Assembly: GCA_002429065.1 (NCBI GenBank)
Contig: DIYN01000048.1
Span: forward strand, 21,727-85,726
Direction: 5' to 3'
DNA from: Verrucomicrobia bacterium UBA6053
GTDB taxonomy: Bacteria > Verrucomicrobiota > Kiritimatiellia > SS1-B-03-39 > UBA6053
Length of the DNA: 64,000 nucleotides
Part shown: piece after piece, positions 10,170-20,065 of the stretch
How the letters are laid out: each line of letters opens with the position of its first letter
How positions within the stretch are numbered: the stretch's first letter is position 1
The notes under the pieces: model-generated
Databases searched by the model: none
Seen by the model: only the letters and a program-made list of their open reading frames with translations
Told to the model about the DNA's origin: nothing
Position numbers and translations under genes: made by a program

Positions 10170-10327
10170 CATTCCACACTCGTTGACGATGAACCTTTTT
10201 TACCCTCCGGGTTCCATCGGTCAGGTGTGGGTGTCGGCGTTTATGCCACGCCGGATCCTGCCGGGCCGTAAACGGCTCCAGCCACATCTGGGTTCCGGTG
10301 GTTCCTTCTTCGATGCTGAGGTGGGCG

Positions 10328-11842
10328 TTATACCTGAATTTCCTGAGCCAGAATCGCGGCCTGCAGGTTCCGCAGACGCTGTTCCAACTCCATGTCCTCT
10401 TCCATAAATGGGCAGAGACGGGTAAGCGTCTCGCGAAAGTTCTGTCCCTGAGGGGAGAGGGGGAGGGGGACTCCTGAGACCCTGTCGCGGAGCTCGGTCC
10501 CCTGTTGCACACACACAATCTGAACGGCGCAAATCTGTGCGCAAAGTTCAATCATCCGGCTCACATCTCGAACGGAATGCAGTCCCATGCTGACTTTGTC
10601 CTGATTATGACATTCCGTTGACCGGGAGAAGACCGAGGCGGGCATACAGAGCTTCTGCGCTTCCGCAGTGAAGGCGCTCTGGGCCACCTGAAGGGCTTTC
10701 AGACCATGGTAAATCGGTTTGTCTGAACCAGAGAGATTGGCTGGCAGCCCCCGATTCCGTTTTGGATCCACAAGCACAGCCATCTGGCGGTCAAGGAGGT
10801 CCGCAACATTGGCGAGAAGGGTTTTCAGACTGTCGTTGAGAAACGCCATATGCCCCCCGTAGAAGTGACCGCCATGATGGATGGTCTGTGTTTCTGCATC
10901 CAGTACCGGATTGTCATTCACCCCGTTCAGTTCCGTCTCGAGCTGTGTTCGCATCCAGGGAAGGGCATCGAACAGGACGCCGAGAATCTGAGGGGTGCAG
11001 CGGAAGGAATAGGGATCCTGAAGGCGGGTTTCGGAGGTTTCATCCGGGGGGAGCAGCATGCTCCGGACTTCCCTTGCCGCCCGGGCCTGTCCCGGATGGG
11101 CTTTGAGTTCCATGAGGCGCGCGTTGTAATGCGTACGGTTTCCCTGCAGGGAGACGACACCCAGGGCTGTCAGACGGCACGCGAGAGTGGCAAGATATTC
11201 GGCCTGATCCAAATGGAGGCAGCTCACGCCGGTCATGGCGGAGGTACCGTTCATGATCCCGAGCGTTTCCTTTGGACCGAGAAGGAAGGGAGGTTTGTCG
11301 GTCTTCTTCCAGACGGCTGAACTGGGGACGCGTTGTCCCTCCCGCCACATGTCCCGTTCTCCCATCAGGCAGGCCGCAATGTAGGAAAGGGGCGTTAAAT
11401 CTCCACTGGCACCAACAGACCCCTCCTGAGGGATCCTCGGAACGGTATTGTCATTCAGCCAGTCGCACATGGTCTCCAGTACTGCGGGACGGATCCCGGA
11501 ATACCCTCTCGCGAGAGGGAGGAGTCTCGCCAGCAGGATGGCCCGGCATTCGCGGGGTGAGAAGTCGTCTCCGAGTCCCACCCCATGCATTCGAGCCAGC
11601 ATTCGGGGCATCAGGTGGACCTCATCCCCGCGAATACGCTGGTCCACAGAATCGCCCACGCCGGTCGTGACCCCATAGAGGGGGTGGCCGGAGGCTGCGA
11701 GGTCCTGCACCATTTGCACACTGGCTTCCACGCGCCGATAGGCCGGGCTGTCTGTGTGCAACCTCACCGGGCGGTGATGGTCGATGACTTCAAGAGCATC
11801 GCGGAGGGTGATCGGGCTGCCGTCAAGTAGGAGTGGAGTCAT
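10328..11842 (-). CDS. MIO-dependent aromatic amino acid ammonia-lyase (HAL/PAL/TAL family)
   Basis: YGVTTGVG, GSVGASGDL (ASG/MIO), LQDPYSFRC, NDNP, STECHNQDKVSMG. Confidence 0.92.
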   Translation of the reverse strand: MTPLLLDGSPITLRDALEVIDHHRPVRLHTDSPAYRRVEASVQMVQDLAASGHPLYGVTTGVGDSVDQRIRGDEVHLMPRMLARMHGVGLGDDFSPRECRAILLARLLPLARGYSGIRPAVLETMCDWLNDNTVPRIPQEGSVGASGDLTPLSYIAACLMGERDMWREGQRVPSSAVWKKTDKPPFLLGPKETLGIMNGTSAMTGVSCLHLDQAEYLATLACRLTALGVVSLQGNRTHYNARLMELKAHPGQARAAREVRSMLLPPDETSETRLQDPYSFRCTPQILGVLFDALPWMRTQLETELNGVNDNPVLDAETQTIHHGGHFYGGHMAFLNDSLKTLLANVADLLDRQMAVLVDPKRNRGLPANLSGSDKPIYHGLKALQVAQSAFTAEAQKLCMPASVFSRSTECHNQDKVSMGLHSVRDVSRMIELCAQICAVQIVCVQQGTELRDRVSGVPLPLSPQGQNFRETLTRLCPFMEEDMELEQRLRNLQAAILAQEIQV

Positions 11843-11880
11843 GGGCAAACCCTGCAGGTGCCGCCTGAAAATACAAGGGT

Positions 11881-12105
11881 CTAGGTCAGGAAGAAGAAGT
11901 ATCCGCCCAGCAGGAGACCGAAGGTGGCTTCTGCCATTCCGTATCCCCGGAACTGGGATCGGGAAACCTCCTGCAGAAATGAGGCGGTTTTTGGGAAAAG
12001 GCGAAGGGTCAGACTCCGCATCTGATCCGGCATTCCCATAATGAGGCTTCCTTCAATCAGGGTCCAGAGGGCCAGGCCTTTGCAGAACAGTTCAAACGTT
12101 TTCAT
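11881..12105 (-). CDS. Small two-TM membrane protein (DUF2065-like)
   Basis: GLALWTLIEG...P and RGYG...GLLL pattern; 74 aa. Confidence 0.55.
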   Translation of the reverse strand: MKTFELFCKGLALWTLIEGSLIMGMPDQMRSLTLRLFPKTASFLQEVSRSQFRGYGMAEATFGLLLGGYFFFLT

Positions 12106-12228
12106 CTAACGGTTTCCTGATAAATCTGTGAAAAAAAATGACTTGAGAATCAACGTTTTCTCCTAGAAATCTGTCAATGGTGGACTAAAAACCATTCTCC
12201 CCCCTAAATTCTGCCGAAGGCTCCCTGT

Positions 12229-14325
12229 ATGAAATCCGCTGTGTTGAAGATTCTTTTATTCCCCCTAGATCTGGTGTTTTTAACCTTGGATGCATGGGTG
12301 ATTACGTCTCGGAGGATCCTGCGGATCTTTAAGAAGGAGAAAGATCAACCCTGTCATTTCTGTCAGGGGGACGATCATAGCGAGAGTCCTCATCCTGTGC
12401 GTTCTGTGTTGAAGTATCAGAACGAATGGATGGTGAAACTTCTTTCCCCCTGTGTGCGGTTCAAGCGTATTGACGGACGGAGAATCGGACTGTGTAAGCA
12501 GGAGGGTGGTTTCACCCGTCCTCCGGCCCTGGTTCCGATCGTGGCACTGTTGATGGTCACCCTGTGGCTCGGGGGGGGATTGGGACTCCTGTATGCCCTC
12601 TCTTCCGACAGGGCAAATTTCTGGGGCAATTTCGTCACCTTTTTCAACCCTTCCTCCATGGACTCCGGGGAAGAGGAGGATGTGGATTTCCTTGAAGCCG
12701 GAGACTCACAACTCAACCCTGAACGGGCTGAGCGGTATTACCGGGAAGGAGTTAAAGCACTGGATCAGTATAAATTTCCCGATGCACAGGTGTTTCTGAA
12801 ACGGGCCATCCAGAATCATCCGACCAAAGCGGAGTATCATTATGCTCTGGCCCGGGCTTTTTTCGGAACCCGGCAGTTTGTGGATGGTGAAACCAGTCTT
12901 CGCCGGGCGTTGGAGTTTGAGGAGGAGCATGTGGATGCCTTGCTGATGCTGGCCGAGCTGCTTCAGGGGCAGGAGAAAGCTGGCGAGGCCTACACCCATG
13001 CCGCCAAAGCGCTTGAACTTGAACCGGAAAATCTGAAAGCCGTGCGTATGAATGCCGCCCTGCTGGCTGCCAGAGGGGAGAAAGACGCTGTTCGGGGTCT
13101 CATGGACCAACTGCTGTCAGAAGATGGGGAAAACACAGATACCCTGACGTTCCTCGGCCGGCTGGAATTCAGTTTGTTTCAGGATCTGGAAAAATCGGAA
13201 GCCCTGTTGCTGTCCGCTCTGTCGAAAAAGCCGGACCATGTCGGTGGTTTAATGGCCATGATCCCGATTCATGCGCAAAAGAAGGACATGGACAGCGTGA
13301 ATGAAACGATGAACAAGGTCCTGGAGCTGCAGCCGGAAAACCTGCAGGCCCTTCGCCTTCAGGCGGAAATGATGATGAGCCGATTCGGCCTCGGTGTGGG
13401 CCTGAGATACTACGGGAATCTGATGAACCGGTTCGGAAACGATCCCACTCTTCGTCTCCGCTATGCGGAACTTCTGCTTCAGTCTGGGAATATTGCGGAA
13501 GGAAAACGCCTGGCCACCCAGCTTACAGCGTCCCGCGTCCCCAACATTGAGCGCACCTCTCATTGGATGCTGGCACAGATGTATGCCCAGATCCGCATGT
13601 ATGACGAGGCCATTGAGCATGCGCAGGCGACACTGCGTGTGGCACCCAATGCCCGGAATGTTCAAGTGTTCCTTGCACAGCAGTATTTGCAGAGCGGGGA
13701 GCCTCTCCTGGCAAAACGTGCGTTGGAACGGGCGGTTGTGAATCAGGAGAACCTGAACCCGAACCTGTACATTCTGATGTCGCGGATTCTTCAGGAAATG
13801 GATCAGACGGATCAGGCCATTGCCTATCTGGACGGTGTCCTGGCAGAAAAAGAGGATCTGGATCGGGTCCGCATGCGGAAAGTGGAGATTCAAATGCAGA
13901 CTCCCCTGTGGAAACGTGCGCTCCCGGATACCCGTCTGCTGCATGAAAAATATCCGGATGACCCCGCTCTTCGCAATAATCTGGCGTTTCTCCTGGCCCG
14001 CAGTGGAGAGGAATTGGACACAGCACGTGAACTCGTGGAATCCTTGAAAGATCAGTTTGAGGAAAATCCGGTCATTCTCGATACCTACGGGTATGTTCTC
14101 GCGGCGGCGGGTGAGCATGAAGAAGCGATTAAGATCTATGAACAGGCCCTGGAGCGGGCTGGCAACAATATGACCATCCGCTTCCATTACGCTGTGAGCC
14201 TGGCTGCACTGGGGAGGAAAGATGATGCATTAAGGCAGTTGGAAGCCGTTCTCATCATTCAGCCCGATTTCCCCCAGGCCGAAGAAGCCCGCAACTTGCA
14301 AACTCAGCTTTCCGCAGGAGCTTAA
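12229..14325 (+). CDS. Membrane-anchored tetratricopeptide repeat protein (PrsT-like)
   Basis: TM near aa 100-125, many TPR helices, NNLAFLLA...ILDTYGYV C-terminal TPRs; 4 nt upstream of the exosortase. Confidence 0.85.
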   Translation: MKSAVLKILLFPLDLVFLTLDAWVITSRRILRIFKKEKDQPCHFCQGDDHSESPHPVRSVLKYQNEWMVKLLSPCVRFKRIDGRRIGLCKQEGGFTRPPALVPIVALLMVTLWLGGGLGLLYALSSDRANFWGNFVTFFNPSSMDSGEEEDVDFLEAGDSQLNPERAERYYREGVKALDQYKFPDAQVFLKRAIQNHPTKAEYHYALARAFFGTRQFVDGETSLRRALEFEEEHVDALLMLAELLQGQEKAGEAYTHAAKALELEPENLKAVRMNAALLAARGEKDAVRGLMDQLLSEDGENTDTLTFLGRLEFSLFQDLEKSEALLLSALSKKPDHVGGLMAMIPIHAQKKDMDSVNETMNKVLELQPENLQALRLQAEMMMSRFGLGVGLRYYGNLMNRFGNDPTLRLRYAELLLQSGNIAEGKRLATQLTASRVPNIERTSHWMLAQMYAQIRMYDEAIEHAQATLRVAPNARNVQVFLAQQYLQSGEPLLAKRALERAVVNQENLNPNLYILMSRILQEMDQTDQAIAYLDGVLAEKEDLDRVRMRKVEIQMQTPLWKRALPDTRLLHEKYPDDPALRNNLAFLLARSGEELDTARELVESLKDQFEENPVILDTYGYVLAAAGEHEEAIKIYEQALERAGNNMTIRFHYAVSLAALGRKDDALRQLEAVLIIQPDFPQAEEARNLQTQLSAGA

Positions 14326-14329
14326 GAGC

Positions 14330-16339
14330 ATGAATCTTAAAAAACTTCAGTTTTGGAAAAAGAAATCCTCCTCCAGAAGTGGAGGATCCCGGCGGAGGTC
14401 CTATGGGTATGGATATGGCCTGTTGCGGGACATTATCCGGGTGCCGGAACTTGGCCTGGGCGAACTGTTCTGGGTCACCGGAGCCTTGCTGGTGGCCAAT
14501 GCCTTCATGGTGATCAGCCTCTTTCGGTTTTACCTGGCGATGCAGGATTATTCCCATGCAATTCTGGTCCCGGTCATTGCCGCAGCCGCTGCCTGGGTCA
14601 CCCTGTCACGCTCTGGCATCAAACCTCTGGTTGTGGGGGAATACTGGGGGTTCCCCATTGTGCTGGCTGGATTAGGGATCCAGTTTGGTGCGATGTGGTA
14701 TGAAATTGGTCTCGTTGCAGGAGGGGTGGTCAGTGAATATTTCACCAGTGTGGGGTTGGTGATCTCCATCTGGGGCCTGTTTATCTGCTTTTTCGGATTC
14801 AGGGCGATGCGCCTCTTCTGGTTCCCGCTGCTCTATTTGATCTTTATGATTCCGGGTCTTCCCGGACCTCCGGAGAGCTGGTTGAAAAATACTCTGCGGA
14901 ATATTGTCACCGCAGCCTCCGCCGGAATCCTGGAACATGTGTTCCGGTACGCTGTGTTTGTGGAAAACAACATGATGGAGATTGCGGCACATAACGCGGA
15001 GGACAATGTCCGTCCCATTGTGCTGGGGGTGGAAGATGCCTGCAGCGGCATCCGTTCCCTCTGGGCCATGCTCGCTGTCGCACCGGCCATTGCCTGGTTC
15101 CTGCGCTTGCGTCCGTTCCTGATCGCTCTGTTTATCCCCCTGGGCGTGTTTCTCGCGATTTTCCAGAACATCATCCGCGTGGTGGCGACGGCTCTGTTGT
15201 GTGACTTCTTCGGAATGGACTGGGCGATGGGCACCAAACATGAAGTTGTGGGAGGGGCCACCTTCTTCTTATCTGCCATTATCCTCGTGTTTCTCTCGGT
15301 GTTGCTCGCACCACCTCCGCAACCGAAAAAGGAAGCATACGGATCCTACGGAACCTACGGTGTGTATGGGTCATACGGAGCTGCAGGGGGCTATGGCAGC
15401 TATGGGGGGCCTTCTACCGCTGCGTACCATGCGGCCAATGATCCGGAGGCGGAGAAAGACGAGGATGACGAGATTGATCCTGGTCAACGACGAGAGTTCT
15501 TCTTTTCACGCATTCAGGGAATCCGTGTGGGGGTCTACGCCTGCCTGGCATTGATGCTGGTAGGCCAACTTGTTCTCTTCCAACGGTATGCAATTCGGAG
15601 TCGGGTCCAGTTTAAGATTGCCCAAAGCCGGGAGACCCTGGACGCATTTCCGGGCGAAATGGGGAATTTCAAGCGGATTTACTGGGGGGAATTGCCCGAA
15701 ACCGCGCTTCGGATTCTTCAGCCCTCCGAAAGTTACGTCGGATGGTATGCCACACCGGATAACAAGCTCGTGAATGTGATCATCAACTTCTGGGAGCCGG
15801 TCATTGGCTTTAATGGGACCTCGTGGGCCTTTCCCCACTCCCCAGACGTGTGTTTCCGGGAAGCCGGGTGGGAAATCGAGGAGGAGGTTGCTGTTCCTGA
15901 GGATCTTATGTTCGAGGATGAAATCCTCTATTCCCGGATGTATCAGAACAACGTGAAACGCCAGATGGTTCTGTACTGGTATAACCGTGACGAAGTCACC
16001 CGGATCATGAATGAGTTCATCGACATTGAGCTGGATGAAACCTCCACCGAGAGCAAAGGCTACTTCAACCGCATTAACCATATGGTTCGCTCCTGGCACC
16101 GCCCCAAGGATTACAGCCGGTATCAGTATTCGATCGGGATTTATGTTCAGGAGCAGGGAAACCGTCAGGAAAGCATCGAGCTCGCTCATGACTTCGCCCG
16201 TGAACTCCGCAAGCATATCACTCCCTTCGGTCTGATTCCGCTGCAGAAAATTGACCTTGATAATATCGAGCAGTCTCTGCAGATCGCGGAAGAACCTCAG
16301 GAAGCGGCTCCGGTTGCAGAACCGGTTGCCGCTCTCTGA
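14330..16339 (+). CDS. Exosortase (EpsH) fused to an EpsI-like domain
   Basis: FPLLYLIFMIP; catalytic Cys (VEDACSGIRSL), Arg (NIIRV) and His (KHEVVG); EpsI motif HSPDVCFREAGW and VLYWY. Confidence 0.9.
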   Translation: MNLKKLQFWKKKSSSRSGGSRRRSYGYGYGLLRDIIRVPELGLGELFWVTGALLVANAFMVISLFRFYLAMQDYSHAILVPVIAAAAAWVTLSRSGIKPLVVGEYWGFPIVLAGLGIQFGAMWYEIGLVAGGVVSEYFTSVGLVISIWGLFICFFGFRAMRLFWFPLLYLIFMIPGLPGPPESWLKNTLRNIVTAASAGILEHVFRYAVFVENNMMEIAAHNAEDNVRPIVLGVEDACSGIRSLWAMLAVAPAIAWFLRLRPFLIALFIPLGVFLAIFQNIIRVVATALLCDFFGMDWAMGTKHEVVGGATFFLSAIILVFLSVLLAPPPQPKKEAYGSYGTYGVYGSYGAAGGYGSYGGPSTAAYHAANDPEAEKDEDDEIDPGQRREFFFSRIQGIRVGVYACLALMLVGQLVLFQRYAIRSRVQFKIAQSRETLDAFPGEMGNFKRIYWGELPETALRILQPSESYVGWYATPDNKLVNVIINFWEPVIGFNGTSWAFPHSPDVCFREAGWEIEEEVAVPEDLMFEDEILYSRMYQNNVKRQMVLYWYNRDEVTRIMNEFIDIELDETSTESKGYFNRINHMVRSWHRPKDYSRYQYSIGIYVQEQGNRQESIELAHDFARELRKHITPFGLIPLQKIDLDNIEQSLQIAEEPQEAAPVAEPVAAL

Positions 16340-16365
16340 ATGAGAGTGGGGGAGGGCTTTCGTCC

Positions 16366-16830
16366 TTAGTTGGCCTTCCCCACCCCCTGCTTCAATCTGA
16401 GGCTCATTTCGATTTCGACGGGCGTTTGATCAGGAAGGGAACTGGCTCCCACGGCCATTCTTACATGGCGTCCTGCATCCCCAAAAATGTCAATCAGCAG
16501 GTCTGAGCAGCCATTGATGACCTCTGGATGATTACTGAAGTCAGGCGGACAGTTGACCATTCCGTAGACTCGCAAAATGTTCTCGATGACATTTAAGGAT
16601 CCATAAGCATCATGCACTGCCGCCAGAAGAAGAAGACCGGTCTCTCTCGCGAACTCATATCCTTCCTGGATTGAAAACGCGACACCGACTTTTCCGGCGG
16701 CATGGCTGACCCCTTTTCCTGCGACATGCAAAATTCCCTGATCTTCCTTTACGTGAAGGTAATGACCGCTCGGGGGACTGATTTCAGGTAAGGAGATCCC
16801 TGCCTCCAGAAGTTTCTGATCATAATTCAT
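16366..16830 (-). CDS. RidA/YjgF family protein
   Basis: GMVNCPPDFSNHPEVINGCSDLLIDIFGDAGRHVRMAVGASSLP...VEIE. Confidence 0.88.
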   Translation of the reverse strand: MNYDQKLLEAGISLPEISPPSGHYLHVKEDQGILHVAGKGVSHAAGKVGVAFSIQEGYEFARETGLLLLAAVHDAYGSLNVIENILRVYGMVNCPPDFSNHPEVINGCSDLLIDIFGDAGRHVRMAVGASSLPDQTPVEIEMSLRLKQGVGKAN

Positions 16831-17062
16831 GTTGTGATCAACCGCGTACAGTCCATCGCCCACATCCGGAGGGTTTTCAGAGTTCCTACCATTTGGATCG
16901 TCCAGTCCGTCGCCCTGGAGTCAAGCCGTGCCCTGTCTGGATCGCAGGTCAATCTCAGCCTGAGGCTTCGTTCATCATGGGGCCAGTCGAGGATGAACGT
17001 TTGGCAGGGGTGAGGTTTTCGTCTGGTTGATGGGCCTGCTCTTCCGGAAGAAGCTGAGCGCT

Positions 17063-17752
17063 TCAGAAGCTCACGGTCACATCAACGGGCTGCCCCCCGC
17101 GGATGACCTGAAGCGCAACCTCGTTCCCCGGAGTGGCATTCACTGCGGTGGCAACGGTTTCTGCTGAGGTGACCGAAGTGCCGGCCGCCTGGACCAGAAT
17201 ATCCTTTTTCTGCAGACCGGCCCGATCGGCTGCGGATCCAGGCTGAACTTCCCGGATGATCATGCCCACACCCTCTGACAGCTCGAGATATCCGGCAACT
17301 GCGGGATCGATGGCCTCAATCCAGACGCCCAGGCTGCGGGGAGCACGGGTCGCGGCTGACGCAGGCGCGGGCAGTCTGCCAATCCCAAGGACCGGTTGAA
17401 GAATCACCGGGGCCCCTTTGCGGATCAGGCGAATGTCCACTTTCCGGCCTGCCGGGGTTTCATGCACCATCCGGCTCAGCGCCATGGCGCTTTCCACCCG
17501 ATGTCCATTGTAGGCGACAATCACATCATCCGCCTGAACGCCAGCGGTTTCTGCCGGAGAACCCGGTCCGACCGCCCGTACCCAGGCACCAAATGTTCCG
17601 GGCAGGGAAAGGGCGGTGGCATCGGCGGGTTCCACTTCATCCAATGCGACACCCAGCATACCAGGAGCGTGTCCAGCGGGAACCTGTGCCATGAGGACAG
17701 GGGCGAATGTCAGAGAAATCAGAGAAACTGCGGTGAGAAAAAATCGTTTCAT
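17063..17752 (-). CDS. Exported tandem-PDZ domain protein without a protease domain
   Basis: Signal peptide; two PDZ repeats (LGV...GSPAETAGVQADDVI; LGV...GSAADRAGLQKKDIL). Confidence 0.85.
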   Translation of the reverse strand: MKRFFLTAVSLISLTFAPVLMAQVPAGHAPGMLGVALDEVEPADATALSLPGTFGAWVRAVGPGSPAETAGVQADDVIVAYNGHRVESAMALSRMVHETPAGRKVDIRLIRKGAPVILQPVLGIGRLPAPASAATRAPRSLGVWIEAIDPAVAGYLELSEGVGMIIREVQPGSAADRAGLQKKDILVQAAGTSVTSAETVATAVNATPGNEVALQVIRGGQPVDVTVSF

Positions 17753-17813
17753 GATGAAGAAGCTTGGGTTGTGGGCATCAAATGCCGTTTATCTCCTCTG
17801 ACTTCAAGAACTT

Positions 17814-18581
17814 TCAACCGAACATGGAGGCTGCGCCCTCCACCGCCTCAGGAAACAGCTCCTGGAGGTCCCCCTCCAGCCGCAGGGCCACATGGGGCAT
17901 GCCGTCATGCAGGGTTTCCCCCTGATTCACAATCAGGTATGGGATTCCGGCCCGGGCAGCCATGATGGGGAATGTCCCCGCCGGGTGAACCGACAAGGTG
18001 CTGCCCACCGCAATCACCAAATCCGGATCCATCATGGCGGTCTGGGCCCGGGTAAGATCCTCTTCCCGCAGAGCTTCGCCAAACTGGATCACGCCGGGTT
18101 TCAGAAACTGATCACACTCCGGGCAAACGGGCGTTTTCCCTGTTTCCATCCATCCCTTGTACCAGGGACCGCATGGAGCCCGGTACCCGCAGTCCACACA
18201 CATCACCTGATCTGCGCGTCCGTGCAGCTCAATCAGCCTCTCCTCAGAGGTTCCGGCTTTCCGGTGGAGCCCGTCAATGTTCTGCGTGATGACGGCATGC
18301 AGTTTGCCCAGATCTTCCAGGGTGCGGATCGCCCGGTGAGCGGCAGTGGGCTCCGCATCTTTCCAGGTCTGCCAATCCTCCGCTTTCTCGGCCCAGTACT
18401 GTTCTCGTTTTTCCGGTTGGTCAAAAAACTCCTGCACGGTGATCACCGGACGGGAGTTCCGGATTCCATGTGGGCCTCGGTAATCCGGAATCCCCGCCGC
18501 CGTACTGATCCCTGCACCGGTGAACAGGACAATCCGTTCCGCAGCAACCAGATATTCCAGAAGAGTTTCAGGGTCTTTCAT
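17814..18581 (-). CDS. cobB: Sir2 family NAD-dependent protein deacylase
   Basis: TGAGISTAAGIPDYRG, TQNIDGLH, ELHG, CxxC/CxxC zinc site, LKPGVIQFGE. Confidence 0.92.
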   Translation of the reverse strand: MKDPETLLEYLVAAERIVLFTGAGISTAAGIPDYRGPHGIRNSRPVITVQEFFDQPEKREQYWAEKAEDWQTWKDAEPTAAHRAIRTLEDLGKLHAVITQNIDGLHRKAGTSEERLIELHGRADQVMCVDCGYRAPCGPWYKGWMETGKTPVCPECDQFLKPGVIQFGEALREEDLTRAQTAMMDPDLVIAVGSTLSVHPAGTFPIMAARAGIPYLIVNQGETLHDGMPHVALRLEGDLQELFPEAVEGAASMFG

Positions 18582-18586
18582 CTCGG

Positions 18587-19981
18587 TCAGCGGCGTCTTC
18601 TACGCCGCGGCCGACGGCCATGGGTATGCGGGCGACCGGAACGTTCGCGGGGGGGAGGAGCTTTCTTGAGGTCCTGACTCCAGGCGGCAATCAGGTCAGG
18701 TTGCGGTTTCTCCAGTGCAAGTGCATCAAACTTAAACAGGACCAGGGCATCCCGGAAGAAGGGACGGTGCAGGAACCGGCTGATACGCTGGGCGCTCCGG
18801 CGGTCCTCAAACCGTTTCTGATGAAACAGCAGGTCAAACATCCGGAACGCAATGCGTTTGGGGATGAGAATCCGGTCAACCAGGCATTTCTGCACCTCGA
18901 ATACGGCCTCCATGCAGGCATCCCGGGGAGACAGGTCGCCGGCGGCCTCTTTTTCCCGCCAGACAGACCGAATCCAGGGAGCAAGTAACAGGGTATACGC
19001 CAGTTCCTGTGACGCTTTCACCTTGTGTGTTTTCCATTTGTCCAACTGCTGCAGGGCTTTGGTTAACCACTGCTTCTCCGAGTCGGTTGCCTGTTCCCGA
19101 TACCAGTCTGAGAATCCTGGGAACATCACATCGAAGAGTCCGGTCTCCATCCAGAGGGAAAACGCTTTTTCCATTGCCCCGGAATACATGAATTTGAGGA
19201 TTTCCTCGTACATCCGCGCATGGCTGGCATGGGCCATTTGCCCACATTGGGACTGGATACCGGCGTAGGTTTCGCGTTCGATATCGAGGTCCAGCGTACT
19301 GGCGAAGCGAACCGCACGGATCATGCGGACGGGATCTTCCTGATACCGCTGCTCCGGGTCGCCAATGCACCGTACAATCCGGGCTTTCAGGTCGCTGAGG
19401 CCACCTGAATAATCAATAATCGAGAAATCCTCGATGTCATAGAACAGGGAGTTAATGGTGAAGTCCCGCCGGAAAGCATCCTCCTCGGGCGTTCCGTATT
19501 CATTGTCGCGGAGGACTACTCCGGTTTCCTCATTCACCACCACATCCTCAGTCGCGGGTGCAGGTTCCGGTTCGGCCTCATCCAGCTCCTCGTGTTCTGC
19601 AGCCGTTTCCATCTCCTCCAGTCCGGGCTCCTGGTCCTCCGGATCTTCCTCCACCTCATCCTCTTCCGGTTCGGAGGATACCAAGGCCCGGAAGGTCGCC
19701 ACTTCAATGATTTCATCCCGGAACATGACGTGAGCGAGCCGGAAACGGCGGCCAATCAACCGGCAATTCCGGAAGCACCGTTTGACTTCCTGGGGGGTGG
19801 CGTCCGTCACCACATCAAAATCCTTCGGACTGAACCCCAGCATCAGGTCCCGCACACATCCTCCTGCCAGATACGCCTTGTAGCCTTTTTCATTCAGCCG
19901 GTAGAGCACCGTCAGGGCATTTCGGCTGATGTTTTTACGGCTGACGACGTGATCGGAGCGTTGAAGTATCGTGGGTTCCAT
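18587..19981 (-). CDS. pcnB: Poly(A) polymerase I
   Basis: GGCVRD, PKDFDVVT, LIGRRFRLAHV (PAP-specific), RRDFTIN, EDPVRMIRAVRF; Arg-rich C-terminus. Confidence 0.93.
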   Translation of the reverse strand: MEPTILQRSDHVVSRKNISRNALTVLYRLNEKGYKAYLAGGCVRDLMLGFSPKDFDVVTDATPQEVKRCFRNCRLIGRRFRLAHVMFRDEIIEVATFRALVSSEPEEDEVEEDPEDQEPGLEEMETAAEHEELDEAEPEPAPATEDVVVNEETGVVLRDNEYGTPEEDAFRRDFTINSLFYDIEDFSIIDYSGGLSDLKARIVRCIGDPEQRYQEDPVRMIRAVRFASTLDLDIERETYAGIQSQCGQMAHASHARMYEEILKFMYSGAMEKAFSLWMETGLFDVMFPGFSDWYREQATDSEKQWLTKALQQLDKWKTHKVKASQELAYTLLLAPWIRSVWREKEAAGDLSPRDACMEAVFEVQKCLVDRILIPKRIAFRMFDLLFHQKRFEDRRSAQRISRFLHRPFFRDALVLFKFDALALEKPQPDLIAAWSQDLKKAPPPRERSGRPHTHGRRPRRRRRR

Positions 19982-20065
19982 GTATAGATGAATTTTCGCT
20001 TTGAGTCCCTTACGGACTCCCCAATCGAAACGCAACAGGAAAAGAAAATCCCCCCCGGAGGCTCC

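Noticed and set aside
17814..18581. Sir2 as an anti-phage (Thoeris/DSR/pAgo) effector
   Set aside because: Canonical zinc-binding CobB-type sirtuin in a housekeeping context after pcnB, with no defence partners.
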